43,709 nucleotides of DNA from sequence record OZ035797.1; one strand, given 5' to 3'. Under the pieces are notes generated by a model that was not told the origin of the DNA, did not search any database, and saw only the letters and a program-made list of their open reading frames with translations. This DNA comes from Vectrevirus T147P1. The position numbers and the translations under genes are program-made. Position 1 is the first letter of the stretch. Each line of letters starts with the position of its first letter. Shown piece by piece: positions 36,269 through 43,709 of this stretch.

Positions 36269-39216
36269 TGGCAATTGAGCGACAAGCAGTACAAGGTCTG
36301 CCACAAGTGCAGGCCACTTCTCCTAATGTCATGACCTTTGCACCTCAGCGAGTTGGAGGTGTGGAGGCTGGCGTAGCTTCTACCTCCGGTAGTCGATTTA
36401 TCGAAGACCTTATTCGAGCAGCCAGTAGTGTAGCTGATGTAACCACTGGTATCCTTAATCAAAAGATTGAGGAAGATAAGGTTGTTCAAATGGAACGGGC
36501 ATATAACGGATTAATGCCTTCTGAGGATGCAACTCGTGGTGGCGCTCGTGCTAACATGCTTGTCAAAGCTCAACTGCTAGCTAATGATGAAGCAGCACGA
36601 ATGAAAGACATGGCTACTCGTTTCCAAGGAACGGATGACGAGTGGACACAACTTATGGTTGACTCTCGTAATGAGATGCAGAATAAGCTGTTCCAGCAAT
36701 ACCCTGAGTTGCAAGGTGACAAAGATACTATGCGTATGGTCACTAATGTCTTCCAAGAACAGCAGCCTCAGATTTGGGCTACACGAACCCAGCATAAACT
36801 TGACCGTGAACAAGCAGACCGTGAGGATACCTTTGACGGGCGAGTGGCTTCTACTTGGGATTCTAATATTGACCCTGAAGCCTCTGGCTATGCTTTACAG
36901 GAACGGATCCGCGAAGGTCTTACTCAAGGATTACTACCTGAACAGATGCACAAGAAGTTAGTCCAGCGAGCAATTTCACTTGCACAAGGCGGTGATGTTA
37001 GCATGGCTGAAGCCCTGAAGTATGTGAAGGACGATAAGGGTGTTTCTGTTTATGCTAAGAATCCACAGCTTATCACAGCCATCACTAGTGGTAATGCAGT
37101 TTGGGCTAGGAATAATATAGCTGATGTAACTCGTATGTCTTTCGAAGTTAAAGAATCCTACCTTGCAGGTGATTTAACTGATGAAGAATTGTTGGAACGA
37201 GCACAGCACATTAATAATCTGACAGGTAACTCTGTCTTCTCTAATCCAGAGCTAGAGGCACTGATGCGCCAACGGGCTAAGCAGAATGCAGAGCTAGGTG
37301 CAATGCAGGATATGCGACGTGAGCTTTACTCCGACCGCCTGACTGGCTTCCAAGGTAAGACTGATAAAGAGAAGAAGGCTTACATTGATGTTATCAAACA
37401 GGATAGCCAACTTTATGCAGACCAGCAAATCAAACAACGTGGCTTGGACCCTTACAGTCAAGAGGCTGAAGCTATTCGTGGTGCAGTGGAAGTGCAGCGC
37501 CTGCAATTCATGAACTCCAAAGGCTTAGTGGATGATACCTTTGAGTCTCGTATCAAAGCCATGGAGTCTATGCTATCGCCTGAGCACTTTGCCAAGGGCG
37601 AACCACAGGAGTTGATGACTATTCGCCAGTTGTGGGAACAGTTGCCAGAAGAGAGCCGAGGTGTCTTTGGTGACACGGTGAATGGCTACATGGATAACTA
37701 CAACACTGCACTACAAATGGGAGAGACACCTTTGCAGGCTGCAAGGTTTGCGCGTGAAGCACAGCAGAAATTCTCTCGTACTGAGAAGGAAACCAAGAAG
37801 TTCAACTCAGCTATTGGAGATGCACTGGATGAGGTATCTGGTGCTGGCTGGTTTGATGGTAAAACCGAAGTGTCAGACTTAGGTAAAGCTATTGCGGAAG
37901 AAGAGTTACGAGCTAAGGCCAATATGTTGTGGTCTAGTGGTATGCGTAACATGGATTCTATCAAGAAGGCTTTAATTACTTGGGGCAATAAACGCTACAC
38001 TCAAACAGAGGATGCAAAGACTTCCGGTGGCTATTTCATTAAAGGTGATTACACTTCTGCATCTGATATGCTTATGTCAGTTGGGAAAGGCGTAAACCCT
38101 ACCGATGTACCTCTGGCGCTTGGTAGGTATGTAGAAATACAGATGCCAGAATTGAAGAAGGAGCTTCAAGAGTGGGAAACTAAAGATGATATATACATTG
38201 ATTACAATGAACAGAAAGGAACTTTTGTGATTCGTGCTGGTGCAGCAGGTCGCCCTCTTTCTGGAGTAATCCCTGTAACCTCTTTAGATACTACTTCACT
38301 ACTAGATTCTGCCTATCAGAAGAAAGTAGAGGAACGAGATAAAGGCGAGTATGTCCACCCGTATCGTACAGATATTGGTGCACAAGAGCCTATGCCAGCT
38401 AAACCAACTGCCAAAGATATTGGTAAATTTGGACTAGCTAACTTCCTCATGTCTTCTGCTTTTGCTTCTGGTGAGAATCTGCCTTCTAACTTCGAGATTA
38501 ACTATCGAGGTAATATGCAACAATTCTATGACAAGCTAGCTATGGATGAGAATAAAGATAAAGTTGGCTTTAATAAGGCAACTGGAACCTTTACTCCATA
38601 TAAAGACGCTCACGGTGAGTCTATCGGTTACGGTCATTTCTTAACGGAAGAAGAGAAGCGAAACGGGTATATTAAGATTGGCGATGAACTAGTTCCCTAT
38701 CGAGGGTCTATGTCTCAGCTTACAGAGAGCAAGGCTCGTGCTCTTATGGAGCAAGATGCTAAGAAGCATGTGCCTCCTACTCGCGACTGGAAGATTCCGT
38801 TTGACCAGATGCACCCTGCACAGCAACGTGGCTTGATGGATTTAAGCTACAATTTAGGTAAAGGTGGAATCCAGGACTCACCGCGTGCTCTTGCTGCATT
38901 CAAAGCTGGTAAGCTTACGGAAGGCTTTATCGAAATGCTGGGCACTGCATCAAGTGAAGGTAAGCGTATCCCTGGCCTACTGAAGCGACGCGCTGAGGCA
39001 TACAATATGGCATCTGCTGGTGGTGTGCCTAAGATTACCGAAGTGGAGACTCGTGAAGATGGCTCCATGTGGGTTAGGTTTGGTGGACCTATGCCAGCAG
39101 GTTCTGTCTCGGCATGGACTCATAAACGTATTGGCGCGGATGGTTGGTATCAGGTTTATGAGGCTGCACCTACCAAGTTAGCTAAAGGTTCTAAGGTAGG
39201 TAAAGTTAAGTTGTAG
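36268..39216 (+). CDS. internal virion protein (gp15-like) with C-terminal lysozyme-like domain
   Basis: 982 aa; C-terminal YKDAHGESIGYGHFLTEEE...QQRGLMDLSYNLG resembles the T4-lysozyme-type motif YKDxEGxxTIGIGH. Confidence 0.75.
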   Translation: MAIERQAVQGLPQVQATSPNVMTFAPQRVGGVEAGVASTSGSRFIEDLIRAASSVADVTTGILNQKIEEDKVVQMERAYNGLMPSEDATRGGARANMLVKAQLLANDEAARMKDMATRFQGTDDEWTQLMVDSRNEMQNKLFQQYPELQGDKDTMRMVTNVFQEQQPQIWATRTQHKLDREQADREDTFDGRVASTWDSNIDPEASGYALQERIREGLTQGLLPEQMHKKLVQRAISLAQGGDVSMAEALKYVKDDKGVSVYAKNPQLITAITSGNAVWARNNIADVTRMSFEVKESYLAGDLTDEELLERAQHINNLTGNSVFSNPELEALMRQRAKQNAELGAMQDMRRELYSDRLTGFQGKTDKEKKAYIDVIKQDSQLYADQQIKQRGLDPYSQEAEAIRGAVEVQRLQFMNSKGLVDDTFESRIKAMESMLSPEHFAKGEPQELMTIRQLWEQLPEESRGVFGDTVNGYMDNYNTALQMGETPLQAARFAREAQQKFSRTEKETKKFNSAIGDALDEVSGAGWFDGKTEVSDLGKAIAEEELRAKANMLWSSGMRNMDSIKKALITWGNKRYTQTEDAKTSGGYFIKGDYTSASDMLMSVGKGVNPTDVPLALGRYVEIQMPELKKELQEWETKDDIYIDYNEQKGTFVIRAGAAGRPLSGVIPVTSLDTTSLLDSAYQKKVEERDKGEYVHPYRTDIGAQEPMPAKPTAKDIGKFGLANFLMSSAFASGENLPSNFEINYRGNMQQFYDKLAMDENKDKVGFNKATGTFTPYKDAHGESIGYGHFLTEEEKRNGYIKIGDELVPYRGSMSQLTESKARALMEQDAKKHVPPTRDWKIPFDQMHPAQQRGLMDLSYNLGKGGIQDSPRALAAFKAGKLTEGFIEMLGTASSEGKRIPGLLKRRAEAYNMASAGGVPKITEVETREDGSMWVRFGGPMPAGSVSAWTHKRIGADGWYQVYEAAPTKLAKGSKVGKVKL

Positions 39217-39228
39217 TACCTAACTCAA

Positions 39229-39254
39229 GGCTTGTCTCACATGTGAGACAGGTC
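39229..39254. repeat. palindromic hairpin element (family copy F)
   Basis: GGCTTGTCTCACATGTGAGACAGGTC between gp15-like and gp16-like genes, followed by TTTATG. Confidence 0.6.
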
Positions 39255-39280
39255 TTTATGATAGGCACTATGGAGGAATT

Positions 39281-42200
39281 ATGGAACAAGACATTAAGAC
39301 TAATTGGGCTGGATATGTCCAGTCTACTCCTGAGCCGTTTTCTATTGAGGCGGCTCCAGTATTGGCTCCTACGATACGCCAGCGTAATGAGTTACAAGAG
39401 CAAGTTCTTGAAGCTAAAGCTGACGCTGATATCTTAGGTGCTGTAGGTGCTGCCTTCCAGAATGAGTGGTTGGCATTCGGAGGCAAGCGGTGGTATGACC
39501 GTGCCACTGCTGATTTCACACCTCAACCAGACTTTGAGATACAACCTGAGCAACGTGAAGCACTACGTTTCAAATATGGTACGGATATGATGCAGACAAT
39601 CACGGAGGGTGTTCGTTCTGAGGATGAATTGAACTTCCGTATTCAGAATGCTGATGAAGACCTTGAGCGCAATAAGCGCATTGCTCAGGCTGGCTGGGTT
39701 GGCTCTGTGGCGACGATTGGCGCTGCTGTGCTTGACCCTGTGGGATGGGTTGCCTCTATTCCAACCGGTGGTGCCGCTAAAGTTGGACTCGTAGGCCGTG
39801 CTGTGCGTGGCGCTATCGCCGCTGGCGTAAGTAATGCCGCTATTGAATCCGTATTGGTCCAAGGTGACATGACTCGTGATTTAGATGACATTATGGTAGC
39901 ACTAGGCTCCGGTATGGCTATGGGTGGCGTTATTGGCGCTGTAGCGCGTGGTAGGGCCACTAAGCTCAGTGAGCAAGGGGATGACAGGGCTGCGAGCATT
40001 GTGCGCAGTGCAGACGCAGGGGACCGCTATGTGCGTGCTGTTGCTGATGATAGTATCGGTGCGATGCGTGTTAAGGGTGAAGAGGTACTCACTGAGGGTG
40101 CATTTGATATCTCTAGCAAAGGTGAAGATTTGCTGAAAACCCTACAGCGGGAAGGTAATGCAATTGATATGACCCCTCGCCGCTGGGCCGGAACTCTGTC
40201 TGCCCTTGGTACTGTCGTACATTCCTCTCAGGATGCAAGTGTACGCGGCCTTGGTGCTCGCCTGTTTGAGTCCCCCCAAGGCTTAGGTATGCAGAAGGCA
40301 TCTGCTAGTCTCATGCAGAATACTAACTTGAACCGTCTGAAATCTGCTGATATGAATCGTTTCAACGATGGGTTCGATTTATGGCTCAAAGAGAATAATA
40401 TCAACCCGGTTGCAGGTCATACTAACTCTCACTATGTGCAGCAATATAATGAGAAGGTATGGGAAGCTGTACGCATCGGTATGGATGAGTCTACGCCTAA
40501 GTCTATCCGTATGGCAGCAGAAGGGCAGCAAGCTATGTATCGTGAAGCATTAGCATTACGTCAACGCTCTGGTGAAGCTGGGTTTGAAAAGGTTAAAGCA
40601 GATGATAAGTACATGCCTGATATTTTTGACAGTATGAAGGCTCGTCGTCAGTTCAGTATGCACGATAAAGAGGACATCATTGAGTTATTCTCTCGTGCAT
40701 ACCAGAATGGTTCTCGTAAGGTTCCAAAGGAAGTGGCTGATGATATTGCACGAGCACAAGTAAACCGCGTTGCTGATGCCACCTTGACCGGACAGCTTAG
40801 CTTTGAAAAGGCTATGTCTGGTCAAACCAAAGCAGAATATGAAGCACTCATGCGCAAAGCAGGCTTTAGTGATGAAGAGATTGAAAAGATGGTAGAAGCT
40901 CTGGATAATAAAGAAACCAGAGATAATATCTCTAACCGAGCTAAGATGAGTTTAGGCTTAGATGTTACTCAAGAGTACAATGGTATTCGTATGCGTGACT
41001 TTATGAACACTAACGTGGAAGAGTTAACAGATAACTACATGAAGGAAGCGGCAGGTGGTGCTGCCTTGGCTCGTCAAGGTTTCTCTACCTATCAGGCTGC
41101 ACTTAATGCAATTGATCTTGTAGAGCGAAATGCACGAAATGCAGCTAAAGATACAAAAGCACACGCACAATTTGAAGCGGAGTCGGCTAAGATCCGTCAA
41201 TCAGAGCCTGATTACAAGAAGGCACAAGAGAAGATTGAAGAGTTAAAGAAGCGACTTAAATTGAAAGAGAAAGATGAAGCAGCAGGTCTGGCTATTGATG
41301 AAGAAATCCGTCAGATGCGAGAGGGGCTTCGCTTGATTATGGGTAAATCTATCGATTCAAACCCACAAGATTTGTCTACTAAAATGCTGCGTCGTGGGCG
41401 TGACATTACAGGTGTACTTCGCTTAGGTCAGATGGGCTTCGCACAGCTAGGTGAACTTGCTAACTTCATGGGTGAGTTTGGTATTGCTGCCACCACTATG
41501 GCTTTAGGTAAGCAATTCCGCTTCACCTCTAAGGCGTTGCGTAATGGCGATGGCTTCTTTCGAGATAAGAATTTAGCTGAGGTTGAGCGAATGGTAGGTT
41601 ACATTGGTGAAGACAACTGGCTAACAACTAAGGGTGCGCGTCCAGATGAGTTTGGTGATGTAACCACAGTGCGAGGTATGATGGCTCATTTTGACCAGTC
41701 CATGAACTCTATACGACGTGCTCAGACAAACCTATCCCTCTTCCGCATGGCTCAAGGTTCTCTAGAGCGAATGACTAATAGGCAAATAGCCCTATCTTTC
41801 ATTGACCACCTTGAAGGCAAGAAGATTATTCCTCAGAAGAAACTGGAGGAACTTGGTCTTACTCAGGAGTTCATGACTAACCTACAGAAGCACTATGATG
41901 CTAACTCTAAAGGTTCTGGCTTGCTTGGCTTTGATACAATGCCTTATGCCATGGGTGAAACTTTAGCTAATGCTATTCGTCGTAAGTCAGGTCTAATTAT
42001 CCAACGTAACTTCATTGGTGATGAAGGTATCTGGATGAACAAAGCACTAGGTAAGACATTTGCACAGCTTAAGTCATTCTCTCTTGTATCTGGTGAGAAG
42101 CAATTTGGTCGAGGGATTCGCCACGATAAAATTGGTCTTGCTAAGAAGACAGCTTACGGTTTTGCTTTGGGTTCAATAGTGTATGCGGCAAAAGCCTATG

Positions 42201-42589
42201 TGAACTCTATTGGACGAGAAGACCAAGATGAATATCTGGAAGAGAAGTTATCGCCTAAAGGGTTGGCCTTTGGTGCAATGGGTATGATGAGTACAACTGC
42301 TGTATTTAGTCTAGGTGGAGATTTCTTAGGTGGCCTAGGTGTTCTACCTTCTGAGTTAGTACAATCCCGTTATGAGGCTGGCTTTCAGACTAAGGGTTTG
42401 ATAGACCAAATACCACTAGTAGGTGTTGGTCAAGATGCATATCGTTTAGCAGATTCTATAACTAAATACGCAGAGGGTGATACAGAAGGTGTAGATGTGG
42501 CACGTAGGGCTTTACGCTTAGTGCCTCTAGCTAATGTAATAGGAATCCAGAACGCATTGCGTTATGGCTTAGATGAACTGGAGGATTAA
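39281..42589 (+). CDS. internal virion protein (gp16-like, ejection/core protein)
   Basis: 1102 aa after TGGAGGAATT; largest structural gene, located between the gp15-like gene and the tail-fibre adaptor. Confidence 0.8.
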   Translation: MEQDIKTNWAGYVQSTPEPFSIEAAPVLAPTIRQRNELQEQVLEAKADADILGAVGAAFQNEWLAFGGKRWYDRATADFTPQPDFEIQPEQREALRFKYGTDMMQTITEGVRSEDELNFRIQNADEDLERNKRIAQAGWVGSVATIGAAVLDPVGWVASIPTGGAAKVGLVGRAVRGAIAAGVSNAAIESVLVQGDMTRDLDDIMVALGSGMAMGGVIGAVARGRATKLSEQGDDRAASIVRSADAGDRYVRAVADDSIGAMRVKGEEVLTEGAFDISSKGEDLLKTLQREGNAIDMTPRRWAGTLSALGTVVHSSQDASVRGLGARLFESPQGLGMQKASASLMQNTNLNRLKSADMNRFNDGFDLWLKENNINPVAGHTNSHYVQQYNEKVWEAVRIGMDESTPKSIRMAAEGQQAMYREALALRQRSGEAGFEKVKADDKYMPDIFDSMKARRQFSMHDKEDIIELFSRAYQNGSRKVPKEVADDIARAQVNRVADATLTGQLSFEKAMSGQTKAEYEALMRKAGFSDEEIEKMVEALDNKETRDNISNRAKMSLGLDVTQEYNGIRMRDFMNTNVEELTDNYMKEAAGGAALARQGFSTYQAALNAIDLVERNARNAAKDTKAHAQFEAESAKIRQSEPDYKKAQEKIEELKKRLKLKEKDEAAGLAIDEEIRQMREGLRLIMGKSIDSNPQDLSTKMLRRGRDITGVLRLGQMGFAQLGELANFMGEFGIAATTMALGKQFRFTSKALRNGDGFFRDKNLAEVERMVGYIGEDNWLTTKGARPDEFGDVTTVRGMMAHFDQSMNSIRRAQTNLSLFRMAQGSLERMTNRQIALSFIDHLEGKKIIPQKKLEELGLTQEFMTNLQKHYDANSKGSGLLGFDTMPYAMGETLANAIRRKSGLIIQRNFIGDEGIWMNKALGKTFAQLKSFSLVSGEKQFGRGIRHDKIGLAKKTAYGFALGSIVYAAKAYVNSIGREDQDEYLEEKLSPKGLAFGAMGMMSTTAVFSLGGDFLGGLGVLPSELVQSRYEAGFQTKGLIDQIPLVGVGQDAYRLADSITKYAEGDTEGVDVARRALRLVPLANVIGIQNALRYGLDELED

Positions 42590-43551
42590 TGAGTTATACT
42601 TTCACAGAACATATAGCCAACGGTACGCAAGTAACCTATCCCTTTAGCTTTGCTGGTAGGGATAAAGGTTATCTTCGTGCCTCAGATGTGATAGTGGAGT
42701 CTCTTCAAGGTAACACTTGGATTGAGGTTACATCTGGCTGGCAACTAACTGGCACGCACCAGATTACTTTTGATGTAGCACCAGTTGCAGGTTTGAAGTT
42801 CCGTATTCGAAGGGAAGTACAAAAGGAGTATCCATACGCTGAGTTTGACCGTGGTGTTACCTTGGATATGAAGTCTTTAAATGGTTCTTTCATTCATATA
42901 CTGGAGATTACACAGGAGTTACTTGACGGGTTTTATCCAGAAGGATACTTCATTAAACAGAATGTAAGCTGGGGCGGCAATAAGATTACTGATTTGGCTG
43001 ATGGCACAAATCCTGGAGATGCAGTAAATAAAGGGCAGCTTGATGCCATCGACAAGAAGCATACAGATTGGAACGCCAAACAGGACATTGAGATTGCTGG
43101 CCTTAAGGCTGGTATGACTTCTGGTATTGCGCACAGAACTGTTCCTTGGTACACGATAGCCCAAGGTGGTGAGATTTCCGTAAAACCACCTTATGAATTT
43201 CAAGATGCACTAGTTTTCCTTAATGGGGTATTGCAGCACCAAATTGTAGGCGCATACTCTATAAGCAACAACACTATCACTTTCGCAGAGCCGCTTGTGG
43301 CGGGTACAGAGGTGTATGTGCTGATTGGTAGTCGTGTGGCTACATCTGAACCTAATATTCAGTTAGAGTTGAACTTTGACTTAGTAGAAGGCCAACAAGT
43401 AGTACAGATTGGCTCTGCATTTAAGTACATTGAGGTCTACCTTGATGGATTATTACAACCTAAACTTGCTTATCAGGTAGGCGGTGACATTGTTACTTTC
43501 TCAGAGGGAGTGCCAGAATGCCGGATGACTGCTAAGATTATCACAGAATAA
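42589..43551 (+). CDS. tail fibre adaptor protein with T7 gp17-like N-terminal domain
   Basis: 320 aa; N-terminal region has the character of the gp17 tail-attachment domain but lacks the receptor-binding C-terminal part; separate tailspikes are at 3996-7686. Confidence 0.65.
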   Translation: MSYTFTEHIANGTQVTYPFSFAGRDKGYLRASDVIVESLQGNTWIEVTSGWQLTGTHQITFDVAPVAGLKFRIRREVQKEYPYAEFDRGVTLDMKSLNGSFIHILEITQELLDGFYPEGYFIKQNVSWGGNKITDLADGTNPGDAVNKGQLDAIDKKHTDWNAKQDIEIAGLKAGMTSGIAHRTVPWYTIAQGGEISVKPPYEFQDALVFLNGVLQHQIVGAYSISNNTITFAEPLVAGTEVYVLIGSRVATSEPNIQLELNFDLVEGQQVVQIGSAFKYIEVYLDGLLQPKLAYQVGGDIVTFSEGVPECRMTAKIITE

Positions 43552-43560
43552 GGAGGTGGG

Positions 43561-43709
43561 ATGATTAACTCCGAACTGGTAGATAGTGGTGTGAAGCTTG
43601 CGCCACCTGCACTCGTATCAGGTGGGTACTTCCTCGGTATCAGTTGGGATAATTGGGTGTTAATAGCAACATTCATTTATACCGTGTTGCAAATTGGGGA
43701 CTGGTTTTA
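43561..43709 (+). CDS. holin (T7 gp17.5-like), truncated at window end
   Basis: ATG after AAGGAGGTGGG; WDNWVLIATFIYTVLQIGDWF resembles the T7 gp17.5 segment LNEWFYVAAIAYTVVQIG; frame open at the window end. Confidence 0.6.
   Translation, partial: MINSELVDSGVKLAPPALVSGGYFLGISWDNWVLIATFIYTVLQIGDWF

Noticed and set aside
1246-39999. Numerous minus-strand ORFs of 60-240 aa in the track (for example 1307-1804, 10572-11144, 21986-22591, 31528-32250, 39685-39999)
   Set aside because: Each lies entirely inside a well-supported + strand gene, lacks an SD, and all recognisable genes, promoters and terminators are + strand, as expected for a T7-type genome; treated as antisense artefacts.
1-43709. tRNA genes, integrase or transposase, or lysogeny module
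   Set aside because: No cloverleaf-like candidates, recombinase motifs or repressor/integrase genes were recognised; gene content is that of a strictly lytic podophage. tRNA absence is by eye only and should be confirmed with a tRNA scanner.

Overview
The window reads as one essentially complete, circularly permuted genome (~43.7 kb) of a lytic T7-supergroup podophage with SP6-like organisation. All credible genes are on the + strand. A single-subunit RNA polymerase gene sits early, and about 14 copies of a 21-23 bp phage promoter (consensus ATTTACTGGACACTATAGAAG, close to the SP6 promoter) are spread through the genome. Order in window coordinates: small and large terminase (30-2227); two paralogous small proteins; lysis cassette with M15 endolysin, small membrane protein and overlapped spanins (2975-3864); two beta-helix tailspike/depolymerase genes (3996-7686); a ~1.1 kb non-coding terminus-like region with a GC-rich island and short repeats (7850-8840); early region with sigma70-like promoters, Ocr (gp0.3) and small early ORFs; RNA polymerase (11368-13995); early terminator and an origin-like region between two phage promoters; gp1.1-like protein, primase/helicase, DNA polymerase, exonuclease, endonuclease VII-like resolvase, metallophosphoesterase, gp1.7-like protein, DNA ligase, GNAT acetyltransferase; then portal, scaffold, capsid with terminator, tail tube A/B, internal virion proteins, tail-fibre adaptor and a holin truncated at the window end. 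Calls rest on reading frames, Shine-Dalgarno context, gene order and motifs recognised by eye against T7 proteins recalled from memory; no searches were run. Coordinates of hand-mapped small features may be off by 1-3 nt. The most unusual items are a family of seven 16-18 bp palindromic hairpins, a tandem pair of paralogous small proteins after the terminase, a non-kinase 307-aa early protein, a repeated early-leader motif, and three proteins with acidic C-terminal tails ending in an aromatic residue.
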